Source of the DNA: Basidiobolus meristosporus CBS 931.73
Taxonomy: Eukaryota > Fungi > Basidiobolomycota
Assembly: GCA_002104905.1 (NCBI GenBank)
Contig: MCFE01000151.1
Location: 89,256 to 153,255, forward strand
Length of the DNA stretch: 64,000 nt
Reading direction: 5' to 3'
Position numbers and translations under genes: made by a program. Below, piece after piece: positions 12,794-26,971 of this stretch; the first letter of the stretch is position 1; every line of letters begins with the position of its first letter. The notes below the pieces were generated by a model that did no database searches, was not told the DNA's origin, and saw nothing but the letters and a program-made list of their open reading frames with translations.

Positions 12794-14099
12794 AATTCTT
12801 GTTGTGTTGTATTATGATTAGTTTGGGGCTTGTTCTACAATGTAGAGGCTAATCAACAATATACAACAACTTCCAGTATGCTAATACTGAAATAGTTTAT
12901 TGGGAGTTTGATATACCGATAGAAGATATAACTTTCACTAATTTCCTCAATCTTGGGCTCAAAATATACTGTAGGCAGTGTTTATCACTTCTACAGCAGT
13001 GTTCTGACCTTCTGTCGACTAATGGGCTTATTTACTTTTATAGTAACTTTTCCTTATTTGGAAGTCACTTTCCTTTCTGAGAAAATATTTCCTAATATGG
13101 AAATTCTGAACTCCCCTTTAACCTAAAGGGGTGTGTTGTAGAAGTCTCTAAAGGGGTCTTTAGACTAAAGGGGTGTCTAAAGGGGTGTCTTTAGAGTAAA
13201 GGGGCTTCTTAGAGGGGACTTTTCCGATAGAAAAGTGGTAGTTTCTTGTAGAACTTAGATTGGATTCTTGTGAGCTTTGCAGTCTCTTTACTGATGTAGT
13301 ACTGATCAAAGTCAGAATACTCAACAGTGCAAGTGATGCAGGGGAAGTCTTATAACCTTTAAACTTGTAATCGTAGTGTGGAGATTCTGGAAAGAGAGGC
13401 TCTCCCTTTATTTTTCAGCTGGGGAAGTCATATATATGAAAATTTTGAAGGATCAAAGTTTTTGGGCGATTGCGCAAGCAATACACGTGATACGAAGCTA
13501 AAATTTTGCAGTGGCGCAGATCGGACATAGGCGCAGCACCTGTGAAAATTTCACGTGATTTGATTGGCTGGTTCGAAAGTTACACGCGATCAAAGTCACC
13601 ATAGTAATCCTAGCAATAAGGCATAGTATATATAATAATTGGACTCTTTTGGTCATAACTCCTTAAGTACTGCTTCAAATGAGCTGTAATTTGAAACATG
13701 TGTTGGCTACTATGTGTTCTGTATGACATAATATTCTTGGGTGGATTGCTTGTCAGGGTCTGAAGCATTTGCTCTTCAAAGTTGGAAATTCTTGATCTTT
13801 CACTTGTGTGTTACAATAGCAAAAAGCAAAATAAAGAAATGAGTGCAATATTGGTTTAGAGATATTGTAGTAATGGAATACTTTCCATTACCACACATCC
13901 ACATACAGAGCTAATAGAACTGGATTTGCTCTATCTGGATTACACTATATACTATAATCAGCTATACTCCTATGAAGCTCAAAGACTCTAAATAAGAATC
14001 TATCTTGGAAAACCAGGCTCTTGGTGATTGTTAGGTTCCATACAGAGATTCTTTATGCTTGCAGACCAAATGGGGGCTACTTTGGTCAACAGGCCCATC

Positions 14100-15470
14100 A
14101 GGCTGGTCTTTATACATGTCCTCAGCAAGTTCTCCACTCAGCAATGCAGTTTTACATCCATTTGATGTGTAAAAACTGATATTTGGCTGCAACAGCAAAT
14201 ATTAATATGATGGAATTTAACTTGGCTACCAGTGCAGAGGTCTCAGCATAGTCCAATCCATTTGTTTGAGAGTATCTTTTGGCCACAAGTCTTGCTTTGT
14301 ATCTTTTAATGGTACCATCATCCTTGCATTTTGTCTTCAAGACCCATCTGCATCCAATTGATATTTGGTGGATTGATTATTTGACTGAGTTCCAGGTGTG
14401 ATTTTCCATCAGTGTCTGCTACTCCACAGTCATTGCAGATCTCCAAGGTTTTGTCTAAGGGCTATTTAGGGCCTCTTTTACAGTCTGCAGCTCATCAATA
14501 TGGACTGAATAGGAATGGGCTAAGCTTGCACTCTCATTAATATGGTATTTTGGGCTATTTCTGGTCCTGTTGGATCTCCTTGCTTATGATACAGGATTGA
14601 TCACTTTTGGGATACTCCTGGGCACTGATTTAAGCTGTATTAAGGTTGTAGGGTCCTCTAGAGTGAAAAAATACGCACTGGTAAGTCTTTTGTAGGAGTT
14701 TTTGTAGACACTGGAAGTGATTGGGAGAAGAAGTAGATTGTGTGTTTTCTGTCAATGATTTATTGAATGTAAGATTAGTATTTGTACTACTACATGATTC
14801 TGGCAAAACAAACATGAAGAATACTTTAATAAAGGTCTCAAATACATGCATGCAAAGTTTAGGGCTGTTATAACAACTCATCAAACTTTTATGATCTAGG
14901 TACCTAATATATTAGTGAAAATGTTCTGAGTAAATCTCAAAAAGGGATTTGGTCAGTATTCTCTTATCTTTGTAGGTATTGATCTAAGTGACCAAGTTTG
15001 GTGAACATTTAGGTGAAATCACAAGCTTTTACAATGGACAGAAGTCCCAAGAACTCAGCTGTTAGGCTATTCAGGGGGATGACTATTGCATCTGTGTCAT
15101 TACTTTACTTATCCACTTGTTTCATCTTGTTAACCTACATGGCATACTCAAAGTCCCTGGGAGAACAGGTAGATTGTGTGACTTTCATTGATTGATATAT
15201 TGATTGTAAAAGTAGTATCAACATCTCTATAAGGTCTTGGCAAAACAAGCCCACACATTTTATATAGAAAGGTCTCAAGAGCATGTATGAAAGGTTTAGG
15301 GCTGTTTGGACAGCTTACCAATATTTTATATTCCAAGTAGCTGATATTTTAGTGAAGATATTCTTGGTAAGTCCCAATAACAAGTCTGACCAGAATCCCC
15401 CAAGATTTGTATACAATGATCTAAGTTACTCAGTTAGGTGAATATTCAGCAACAATTACAAAATTTATAA
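14100..15470 (-). mobile_element. Degenerate Copia remnants (RT start; two LTR-like copies at about 14690-15034 and 15150-15470)
   Basis: ORF 14152-14340 KDDGTIKRYKARLVAK is Copia RT; the LTR-like sequence aligns by eye with 58596-58944. Confidence 0.8.
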
Positions 15471-18166
15471 CCAAGTCAAGAATGCAAAGAATGCTTGAAA
15501 TGCCTTGAAAGACACTTTTATTTATAGTCAACAGCTAAGAAAGTGTTATATTACAAAAGTGTTGCCTGGCAAAGAAAGGAAAATCAGCTCTACAGAAATA
15601 CCCAGGTGGTCAATGAGATGAAATCAGTGGGTAAGTAGGTAGCTGCCATCTAGCTCTATAGCTCAAGTATACAAGTACAACAAGGTCAAAATTCTCATGG
15701 CTACCTGTCTGGTACATTTGCTGCTCATTTCAGCTATGCTAGCATATAGCTGTACTACCCAGTTCACCAATATTAGGTTTTGTATGACATTGACATTGAC
15801 ATTGTGGTTGTCATATATGAGCGTGAAGGATGCTAAGAGAACCTGGAGAACAACCAGGTAAATAAGATGCTGCCACAAGGTATATGGTATTGCTGGCTAC
15901 TTTTACTCTGGATAGATATAGTATGCAACCTATAAACAGCTTGCAGAAAAGATACCATCACCATATTACGGGAGCAGCATGCTGTGGAAATTTTGATAGG
16001 CAAAAGAACTAAATTTGCAATCCCCGATATATATGTGCAAGCTACGATTAGATATCTAAAATATGAATATCTGAAGGGCATTGGTGGTGCACTGTAGGGA
16101 AGCCCACCAACATCCAATATAAGTTCAAAGTGGAGCACGCAACAAACCAGGAGTGGATACCTCCGTAGCAGCCACCGCTATAACAAGCCCCCATTATCAC
16201 ACAGTATTGGCAATATGCAAATCATTACTAGGGACAATTGTAGCAAGATTGCGGGTAGTAGTGGAAGTGGTCTGTTGAGCAGGTAGAAATTAATACTATT
16301 CCTCAATAAGTAAATTCATCCAAACAAACCACTTAAACCATAAACAGCAAGGGAGTTTACAAGATAATGGGCCATTCGAACGCGCAGCCCAGCCACTGGC
16401 AATCACAAATCAGGATCAATCAGGGGAAGGGTGTGGGCTACCGGTAAAAATGCAAAAATGCAAATTCACAATCTTCACCATGGGTAGCACTGCACCTACC
16501 ATTCCGAGATCATGGGTTTTACTATGGATTGTAGTTCAAAAATAAGTGGGTGAGCCTGTATGAGCTCTGAGGCTCCAAGCAACTTGGGGACCGATTGTTC
16601 TAGGTACGCAATACCACTGAGGGGTTGGCGACCAAGCATCTGGCCAATCACAGTCGACCGCAATCTGAGGGCCAGTAGCTCATTGCCACAGGTAAATTAA
16701 GATATTCATCCAGTGAGCGCTGCATACTACTCGCAACCATATGGAATTCAGGTTGTCTCCAACTGGATCACCTGCTAGATGCAGCAAAGCCAGCTTAGTA
16801 CTTTGGATGGGAATCTGGTGAACTAAGGATAAATCACCGTTACACAGTTCACTCAAGCACCTGGGCGATAGAAAACTCCATACGATGACTACATAGCGCT
16901 TACCCTCAGAACGGTTGGTGGGCTTGACACGGTTTTGGGTTGGGCCTCAATGTAGGGATTAGGAGGTTGAGTGTGATTACACGAAATGAGGCATTTATGC
17001 TAATTAAGCTGCAATTCATCCGGCTCTTAGCTCAGATATAGGGCTGCCGTTTCCAACCTGATTGCCTCACCCATAGGGTACGAGCTCATTCTATTCGATG
17101 GAAAAGATCGAGGGCTCCTAGAATTATTCATGGTTCACGACAACCTAAATAAAAATCCAGGTGACAAGAATAGAACTTCCGGTTTAGGCACATATCAGGC
17201 TGTGTCACCTGAGTCCATGGAAGGACTTCTACGTTGAATGGGAGAAAGGCTGATTAATCTAGAAACAAACAGCCTCCCTAATGAGGCGTATCTTGAGCGA
17301 AGCCAATGCTGTGGTTATGCCGAATTAGCAGCATCACCCGAAATCATATATTTGGTTGATTCGGTAGTGAACCTAGAGATCTCCACACCCCTCGACCCGG
17401 TACAAGCAAGGCAGGCCCTCTCCTGACGGGTGCTGATTCAGATAGGATGAAGCTCACAACAGAGGCCCCGAAGACAAGAATAGGACTGTCAGAGCCATCA
17501 AAGAGCAGAGGTAACCCAGCACAGTTTATCTCGGCATAGTGGGGATCAATTCACTCATTCTGGGACGATTCCGATATCATGGCAGGAAACCAATACTTGT
17601 TCAATATCACCTAAACCACTCTTATCAATGCCAATCCAGATAATTCCAAGATTCCCTAAACTAGCAGGTCCCCATGATTGGCCACACCTCTGCGTTGGTG
17701 CATAGGTGATTCGGTTTGGTCAACCCATATTAGTGGATCAGCCACTGATCTTGCGAACGGATATTTTTGAACAAAAGAAACTTAATTGGATTTCGAATTA
17801 GGAATCACCATTTCCACACCACAATTGTTGTCCTGACACCCATTTCAATTAGCCGTACATTGTGTCGAGTGGATCAATGATCTGATAGTGTCACTCAATG
17901 CTAACCTTTGATTAACTGCTGAGATCCGGAACTACAAATGATGCGGATCTCTTTGATGCGAGGATCGGTCCATTTCAACTCATTCGCGTGAATGTAAACA
18001 ACGTGGTGATTCTTTCAGGGAATCCCAGTGATAATCGCGACTCCCTATAAAAGGCGCCGGGCTGTCCCTCGCCTGCAAGGCACTTTCCCCTTAGCTCGCT
18101 TCCATTTGAAGCAATCCCTCCTTCCAAACAGGCCAGGCTACGACTTAGAAACACCCCGCCAGCCGA

Positions 18167-19396
18167 ATGCACAACGACTTGCACTCCAGCTGCGAATGGA
18201 GGAGCCAAGATGTTCCAATACTGATAACCCCTCCTCAGGAGGAATGTCTTCCTCAGCTCTCCCCATACCCCACCCGTCTTACTCAAGATGGTCCCGTGTC
18301 GAACCAACCACTCTCCAATCCTCCAGTCGCATTCCAGAGCCATGGCGAGCTCAGTGACGTATTTAATCTCAGCTTCGACCTGTCCGACCCGGAGTGTGAT
18401 TTATCCGCCTACGGCTCTGTTCAACCATCTCCTGTGCCGTCGCCGTCCTGCGACACGTTCGGGTTTGAGGAGGATTCCAATGCATACACCATCTCCTGTC
18501 GCAGGGATAGCTTTGCGCACTCCGACACCTCTGACCTGAACGACGAGATCAACAACATGCTGATTCAAGATCTGGCCTACACCAACTTCCCCAACTTCTC
18601 GACCGATGCACTTTCCTCCCTCCAACCCACCTACGTTGGCCGAGCCCGTTCAGCCAGTTGCACCATACGATCAGCACCACACCTGTCTGAAGCGGTCTTT
18701 TCCAGCCCTTCTCCCTACGCTAGCCCCCATATATCAAGACATAGCATCTCAGACCTATCCTTCGCCGCTCATACCCCGGGGATGGCGCGGTCCAGAGCCA
18801 ATAGTCTATCCTCGCTTCCTCCCCATTCTTCAATAATTCCATTGCAGCCGACCGACCAGAGTTTCTACCCCATGCTGCCGGGGAGCTATGCCCCCGGTCC
18901 ATCTCCATCAACATCGCCCGCAGTGGATCGGTTTCCTATCCGGCTCGAAGGCTCGGCCGAGTCCTTGCCCGCACTTTCCTCCTCGTACGGCTCATATCAG
19001 AGCCATGGCTATCAGTGGGACAGCAACGGCTCGTCGACTGAATACCTCTCCCTGGACGACTCAACCCTTAGCTCGGAATACTTCCATCATTCCAACATGG
19101 TCTCGTACAATATATCCGATCTCTCCACACATCCGTACCCCATGAAGGGGAAGCGATCTCCACGGTCGCACATCTGCCACTTTTGCCAACGGCCATTCAC
19201 CCGGAAACACGATCTCCATCGTCATATCCGAGTTCATACCGGTGATAAGCCATACAGATGCGACCTATGCGGAAAGACTTTTGCCCGAACGGACGCTCTG
19301 AAACGGCATTTCCGGGTGGACGAGGAGTGCGGCAAGGCATACAAAGCCGGTGGCAAAAGCAAGGAGGAGTCCGTACCAAAAGCAGAGGATTCGTGA
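18167..19396 (+). CDS. C2H2 zinc-finger transcription factor (two C-terminal fingers, Ser/Pro-rich N-terminus)
   Basis: CHFCQRPFTRKHDLHRHIRVH-TGDKPY-CDLCGKTFARTDALKRH; 409-aa intact ORF with normal CpG content. Confidence 0.9.
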   Translation: MHNDLHSSCEWRSQDVPILITPPQEECLPQLSPYPTRLTQDGPVSNQPLSNPPVAFQSHGELSDVFNLSFDLSDPECDLSAYGSVQPSPVPSPSCDTFGFEEDSNAYTISCRRDSFAHSDTSDLNDEINNMLIQDLAYTNFPNFSTDALSSLQPTYVGRARSASCTIRSAPHLSEAVFSSPSPYASPHISRHSISDLSFAAHTPGMARSRANSLSSLPPHSSIIPLQPTDQSFYPMLPGSYAPGPSPSTSPAVDRFPIRLEGSAESLPALSSSYGSYQSHGYQWDSNGSSTEYLSLDDSTLSSEYFHHSNMVSYNISDLSTHPYPMKGKRSPRSHICHFCQRPFTRKHDLHRHIRVHTGDKPYRCDLCGKTFARTDALKRHFRVDEECGKAYKAGGKSKEESVPKAEDS

Positions 19397-21529
19397 CGAA
19401 TCCAGCCGGCTGCCCATCATCGGTGATGGGCGGATGGCTTTGTGGGGATTGTAGTCATTGTACATTCATACACACCACGACAGTTGCGGTACCAAGAGTT
19501 GTGTCACATGCAGGAACTTAAGACCCCGAGCTTATGTTCTGTGTAGATATATTTATGTATAGTATTCGAATCAGTTTTAATCGCCCATGCTCATTAGAAA
19601 GCCCACCATGGCACAGTAGTTGTCTTTCTCTACTGACGTATCTGAAGACGCGAGTTTGACAGTGCGAGCTTGGGCACACGCCCATCTGATAATAAACCCC
19701 CGCTCCGGCACCGACGAGCGAACCTCACCATTGCCCTTTCCCTTCCATGTGGGCCCAGCATTTGGGTTCAAGTGGGATCATGCTGACTGAAGCTGATACA
19801 TAGCCTAAGCGGATTTATGGCCTAGGTCTAGATCCAGTTCCCACCGAAAATTCACATGGAACTATTCTGAGGTGTGACGTAAATGATTGAACACTCCCAC
19901 CGATTCCAAACCTGGATGCTTATCTGCGCCAAAGAGGACACACATTGGTAATCGCGATTCAGGGTTAGATCTTGTTGGTGTACCAATGAGGAGTGGCAGG
20001 AGCAGATGTAGATTAATACGTAGATAACGTCCGCAGTATTCGTTCAACGCGAACCTGATTGGGAAAAATCCGGCACCCACAGCCAGTAAGCTCGAGCTCT
20101 GCTCTTGAAGGAAAGATGACCCGTCGCTGGGGCTGTAGAGGCGGCATGAGAGCTGGAGGCACTTCGGACGGAGTTGGGAAGGGCTTCACAATGGTAGATG
20201 CAGCTAAAAAACCTGAATCTCCGTCGATGAATCACGAAGCGTGTAGGTGGTCCGATGAGGTTGCTCGGAGAACAGTCTCTACACACTGGTAAACACCGCA
20301 ACCCGTTTATAGGGATGGTTTTAGATATTGACGCTACGACTTGCCGAGATGGATTTATCGACATTGTATCTAAATCTAGCTTAATGTTGGTGTCACCACC
20401 AACTCCTCCTTGGGTTGCTTTTATGGAGACCGGCTTGATTCATCCAATCAACCAAGTGCACTGTTAGCTCACCTCAGGTAGCAGGGGGCGGGGTGAGGCT
20501 AATCGTATGGATTTCGGTGCTGTGTCGGGTTGCTTGGTGGCACAAGGCCGTATCCGCGCAATGGTAGTAGAGGCTATTCTGGTCAAACATTGGTGCTTGT
20601 CTAATTTTAACCACCCGCCCTCCATTGGATCCACATGCCAAGCGGGGATATCGCAATATATGGAAAGCATTAAAATACCCAACTCAAGCCTAGGGAGGCC
20701 AGATGACTAGGCGCAAACTAACATGCCGTGTCAATAGGGTGAACAACAAATGGTCAAATGCAACCTTTTCGGCCACTCATTGCCGTGCTACTGGCATATT
20801 GTGTATCACATAACGAACCCCAAACTAGTTCTAAGGCTGTCTGAACTCCCATCTAGGCTGATTGTTCGGCATGCGTTGGGAGAATGACTGATGTAACACG
20901 AGATGTAGGTGCATCCCAAAGGATGTATTGAAATTAGATAGATCTTGGGAGGGACTGGATATCAATTGCAGGTAGATGCTGCGGTCAAGAGTTATATATT
21001 GATTTCCGCATGAGATGACGGACTGATTCGGGCTGTTTGCTGCTAAAGCTTAGACATCTCTGCTATGAAGATGCCAGGGCATTCCAAGTGGCATGATTGT
21101 TCTGGGTGAAGCCCGTGTGAAGCAGGCGTCTAATGAATCTGATACCAAATACCCGTTTGGATGAAAAGGGATAAGGATCTATCAACTCATATACTCCAGG
21201 TCTCATTTTACGCTTGTGCCTGCAGATTGCAAAGGGATATTGTGATTATTGCTAGCATTCACCAAACTTACATATAATCTCTAGGTTGAAAGTAAGGCAC
21301 AGACAGATATAGTGCTTTCTTGTCAGAGTACAAAGATGATAGCTGCTTTACATATTGTATGTCACTTGTAGGTATTAGATTGTCACACAATCCATCAACA
21401 GTAAGCAATACATTTGCCCCTTGAAAGATTGGAAATCTGGGCCTTTTTTTATTTTACAGTCATTTCCACATTTGACATGTCAAGTGGATTTGGGATATGA
21501 AAGGTCCATTTCTACCTGTTAGGGTTCAC

Positions 21530-22326
21530 ATCCATTTAGAAGTAGTAATTGCAACTTGGCAGTGGATTCCACAGACAGGCAAAGCAACTATATCAAGAGA
21601 TCATGAGACTACCACCATACCTACAGTGGAGTTTTGGAACGTTAACAGGCACACCAAGAGGTTGCAGCACTTCTTCAAGAGCAGTGCTCAAGAAAATTCA
21701 CTTGAATATTGCCAGGATTTATTGCAAAGACCAGCAGATGAGGTGCTAGACCTTGCAGTGCCAGCTGAAGACCAGTGCATATGGAAACCAGTGAATCAAC
21801 AATGGCATAAAGCTGTAGGGTTTCTGCCAAAGTCATGGAAAAAGGTCATTACAGCAGAAACACTTAATGAATGCAGATTTTCAATGAAGTTACTAGTTGA
21901 GTGTGGGATTGGGCTTAATGTTATTGTTGGGTATAGGGACTTGTATAAGTCAGTACAATTGGCAACTGAGTTACAACTCAGGTTTCAACAGAAATAAACC
22001 AATTTGTATGCATAAAAAGTAAGAGTATTGGTTGAGTCAGAAAGTAAGGAGTGTGAAAAAGAGGCAATAGCCAACCAATATACACAAATGTAGGAGGCAA
22101 TTGGGTGTCCAGGATCAGAAAGTGAGAGAATTGGCAGACAACTAATTAAAAGCCACTTATGTATTGTTGTGATGAAAAATTTTGACCCAGTATTTTATGA
22201 AATTTGGGATGCAATTTATTTACAGTCTTTGCATGGTGTCCTGATGGGATCAATACCTCTTAGTCACAGGATTTTAATTTTGTGATGGCCTTTTGACAGG
22301 ATCATCACTATTACCTCTCATAGGGA
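21530..22326. repeat. Diverged second copy of the 4940-5730 sequence
   Basis: ORFs 4867/5284 and 21497 align (VEFWNINRHTKMLQHFFKSSA vs VEFWNVNRHTKRLQHFFKSSA); the true coding frame is unresolved. Confidence 0.75.
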
Positions 22327-22988
22327 AATACATCCAGAGTACACACTTGAAAGCTACTGAGTATGAAAGATGTTTTATATCCCATTATTACATCTATATA
22401 TTGCATTAACTTTGTCACTGAGATCATAGTACTTAGGTTTTGGAGCACCATGTCTAAGCACTCTGTTGTAATATACTTGCCATAACCAACCAAAATGTCC
22501 TATACACAGGAGATGCCAATATTCATACTAATACCATAGTATCCTCACCTTCAATGTAGGCTCTTTGAAACTTATTACATATATGGCATGTGCTTACTTT
22601 GCCTATGAGAATATCTCACTTGAAACTCATCTGATGATATTCTAATACTATACTTGTATTTTCAAGGTATTTTGCCGGTATTCAGCTGGTATTTTTTTAT
22701 TGTCAATTTGGTGAATGTACCTAAAAATTTACTTAACTTGGTTTGTTGGATCACTGTCAACATGTGAGAAATCTGGCCAAGTTCCTTCTTAAGACTTACT
22801 AACAACATTTTAACCAAAAACGCTGGGTGCCCAGAATATGACAGATCTAAGTGTTGTCCAAGCTGATTGGGAGAGCAAGTAGATTATGCAGTTCCCACTT
22901 AATTCCTGAATGAATCCAAAGGTAGCTTGCTACTGTGAAATGATCTAAGCAAATCAAACACATGGAAGATGTTTAGCAAGGGCCCAAG

Positions 22989-25900
22989 TGTTTCAGGTGT
23001 CTTAGAGATCTTCAAAGTAATTAGGAGAAGAAGTGAATTATGTGGTTGCACTTAATAATTTAATGAATGTAAAAGTATTATCAGTACTTTGACATGGTCT
23101 TGGCATAACATACATATAAAATAGGCTTAGGAAGGTTGCAAGAACATGTGTGCAAAGTTTGGTGCTGTTTAAACAACATTGAGAATTCTCATGGTTTAAG
23201 TACCTGATATTTTGGTGAAAATATCCTAAGCAAATCCCAACAAGAAATTTGGTCAGTATTCTCAAGGATATGAAGGTAATGATCTAAGTGACCAAGTCAG
23301 GTGGATATTAAGGTGGAACTCAGAGCTTTTACAACACTCTCACTAAACTAAATGTACATACTGACTAGTCCTGGTTTTGGCCTAAGATATTCAAATTTGT
23401 CTCTAACTAATGGTTTGGTAAGTATGTCTACAATCATTTCATCTGTAGGACAGTAAACCAAGTTAGCCAAGTTACTCTCTATAGCTTCACCTATGAAATG
23501 ATGTCCAATACCTATGTGCTTAGCTCTAGCATGAAAAGTTGGATTTCTACCTTATTGTATACATCCTTAATTGTCCTGAAATAAAGTAATAGGTGTTTTT
23601 TGACATATGCCTAGGTCTTGAAAAAGTTTCCTTAGCCCAATTGCTTCTTTTTCAGCTTCAAAGGCTGCCATATACACTGCCTCTGTGGTAGAAAGTGCTA
23701 TGGTTAGTTGCTTTTTTGAATTCCTTGTAATTGCTGCTTTACAGTAAGAAAGGTGTGTTTCAAGCATGATATACATCAGACTGCCAACCGTAGACTGATA
23801 AGGAAAGCCAGGGCATTCCAAAAGAACTAAGCTCTCTTGACTTGGCTGAGTTCTGACCATGTTAAGGTTTGCCTCCATTGGGGTAGCTACCAGCTTACAG
23901 TCTTCCATTTGATACTTCTTTAGTATGTCTTGAATATTTTTTGATAGGCTTAGGGTTTTAGTCTGGGTACTTCTGCCTATATATCTATAGCCCAGTCATT
24001 TTGTTTGAGCGTATCTTTTGACCACAAGTCTTGCTTTGTATTTTTCTATTGTTTCATCAGCCTTGTATTTTGTCTTAAAGGCCCATCTGCATCCAATTGA
24101 TTTTGGTTGATTGGTAATTTGACTAAGTCCCAAGTTTGATTTTCCATCAGGGCCTGATATCCATCAGTCATTGCAGATCTCCAAAACTTTGTCTGAGGGC
24201 TATTGAGGGCTTCATTTACAGTCTGGGGTTCATCAATATGGACTGAATAGGCATAGGCCAAGTTTGTACCCTCATTGTTTGGGCTATTTCTGGTGTGCTT
24301 AGATCTCCTAGCATTTGATACTGAAACAATCACCTCTGGGATATTTCTGAGCACTGCTTCAGGCTGAACCATGGTTATAGAGTCCTCTGTAGTGAAAGCA
24401 TGCTCATTGTTTTGCTCTGATCCAATCCTGGCAATTGATAGACTTGAAATCAGATTTTTGTCATTGTCTGATGTCATTTTTTGATAATATTTTGAATTTT
24501 CATCAAACAGCACATCCCTGGACTTGATCAGCTTCTTTGCTTTGGCGTTTTATAGTCTGTATGCTTTACTCTCACTGCAGTAGCCCAAAAATATGCATTT
24601 TACACTTTTTGGCTCCAATTATGACTGATTTCTGGATAGTTTCTTGGCATATGCTATACACCCAGATATTCTTAGATGTTCTAGACTTGGTCTCCATCCA
24701 TACCATGTTTAAAATGGAGTAGAATCACAAAGTATTCTGTTATAACTCCTATTTGTAAGGTATACAGCAGTGGCAACTGATTCTGCCCAAAAATCATAGG
24801 ATTATTTTTGATCATGGATTATAGATATTGCCATATCAATTATTGATCTGCTTGCACATTCTTCTACTACATTTTGCTGTGAAAAGTATGGTACAGCAGT
24901 CTCTTGCTTTATCCCATGAATTTTGCAGAAGTGGATGAAGAGTTTTGAGGTATGTTATCCGCCATTGTCAGAGTGTATTTTCTTGATTTTTTCCACAGTT
25001 TCTCTCTCCACCATGGCTTTGAGCTCCCTGAACTTAGAAAGAGCTTCATCCTTTCTCTCCATGAAGTTGACCCACATGTATCTTGTATAATCATCATAAA
25101 AGTGATTAAATACTTCATCCCACCTAAGGATAAATTTTGCATAGGTCCAAACTAATCTGAGTGAATTAAATCTAATTTTTTCTTGGTTTGGTTTGCCCAG
25201 AGCTCTTGAACAGTTGTCTGGCTTGTTTTCCATATATGCAGGCTTCACAGTGCTCCAAATTTGCTGGTGGATCAGCTTTTACTCCCAAAATTAGCTGATC
25301 ATTGATCATTTTGCACAAATAATCAAAATTGATATCTCCAAATCTCCTGTGCCAAAACATTGGTGTTTCTTCATTTAAGCTACTTATATTGGCTTCTAGA
25401 TATGATGGAATATAGTCAATTTATACAGATTCTGATCTCTGATATCCAAAGCAATATGAGGACCATTTTGATCAGTGATCCTGCATCCAGAATTGCCAAA
25501 ACTGAAACTGAGTCCTTCTGCTGTAGCCTTGCTTACAGATAGTAGGTTCTTGGCTATTTCTGGTACATAGAGTACTTCTTTAAAGGTCAGTGTATGGCTT
25601 CCTTCACTGCTTCTTAGGTTTACTTGGATAGTTCCTTCTCCCACTGCATCCAGTGTTCTATCATCACCCATGAAAACCTTCTTAATTGGAATTTCTTGAT
25701 ATTGGGTAAAAAGTTCTTTTTGGTGTGTAAAGTGTTGAGAAGCTCCAGAGTCAATATACCACGTCTGAGAATCCTTGTTTGTGGTCATATTTAGTGCAGA
25801 TATGAATAGTCTATCTTCAGTTGTTGCAGCATTTCCACATTCAGGCTTCTTTTGCTGATAATATCTCTTTTTGAGACACTGGTCTAATGGGTGTCCTTTC

Positions 25901-26971
25901 CTTTTGCAGTAGTTGCAAAATAGGTTGCTGTTGCCTTTGTACGGTCTTGGGTACCTCCTTTGTTGGTTATCATTGCTTATTAAAGCATTTTCTTCTTCCT
26001 TCTTATTGGCGCTTGATTTTCTTAATTCTTCATCCAGGAGCCTTCCATATACGTAATTTAAGGTCAAATCTTCAGTTCTGGACTCTAGGGCTGATACAAG
26101 GCCCTGAAACTTGTCTGTCAGGCTATTCAGGATGGTAACTATCACTTCCTCATCAGTAGCTGGTACAGCCACAGATTCCATCTCATCTACCAGCAGGGTA
26201 ATTCTGTTAATTAGATTTTTCATTTCTTCTCCTGGTAGCATCTTTGTAGTAAGAATTTTTGTCTCAGATACATTTTCTTGGCAGCTGAACATGACTGGTA
26301 GGTGTCTTCTAATGCTTTCCAGGCATTCTTTGCTGTTTTTGCTCTTGAGCATTGAATTAGCAATTTGTCCTTGACATTAAGGCAAATGCAGTTAAAGGCA
26401 CTTTGTTCTTTCTTCTGGTACTTTAAGGCTTCCTCTCCCACGTTTTTAGGAGGGCATTCTTCTCCCATGACAATATCCCAAAGGCCTCTTTCTTGTAGCA
26501 GCATCTTCATCTTCACCTTCCACACTTGGTAGTTGGATCCATCCAACTTTTCAGCAGAGGGAAGAATTCCAGTAACAGCAGTAGTAGACATTGCAGAGAG
26601 TGACAGCTTGGGGCTCATAACCTGTTGTAAGAGTCTTGGAGATATTGGAAGTGATTTGGAGAACAAGTAGATTATGTGGTTTTCACTTAATGATTTATTG
26701 AATGTAAAAGTAGTATTTATACTTTTACCTGGTCTTGGCATTACAAACACGTAGAATAGGTTAAGGAAGGTCCCAAGAACATGTGTGCAAAGTTTGGGGC
26801 TGTTTGGACAACTTTGAGAATTTTCATGTTCTGGGTACCTGGTATTTTGGTGACAATATTACAAGTAAATCCTGACAAGGAATTTGGTCAGTATTCTCTA
26901 GGATTTGAGGGTAATGATCTAAGTGACTAAGTTAGGTGAATATTTAGGTGGAATTACAAATTTTTACAACA
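22989..26971 (-). mobile_element. Degenerate Ty1/Copia element with internal RT deletion
   Basis: 5' LTR 26623-26971, PBS, gag-PR (ORFs 26220, 25396), integrase, RT and RH fragments, diverged 3' LTR about 22989-23336. About 470 bp of RT is missing at about 23985 relative to the 58.6-63.3 kb copy. Confidence 0.9.

Larger units (their letters stand above)
6691..13895 (-). mobile_element. Full-length Ty3/Gypsy LTR retrotransposon with 4-bp TSD CATC
   Basis: Near-identical LTRs 6691-7786 and 12800-13895; CATC at 6687-6690 and 13896-13899; PBS and PPT in the expected places; gag-PR-RT-RH-IN order. Confidence 0.97.
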
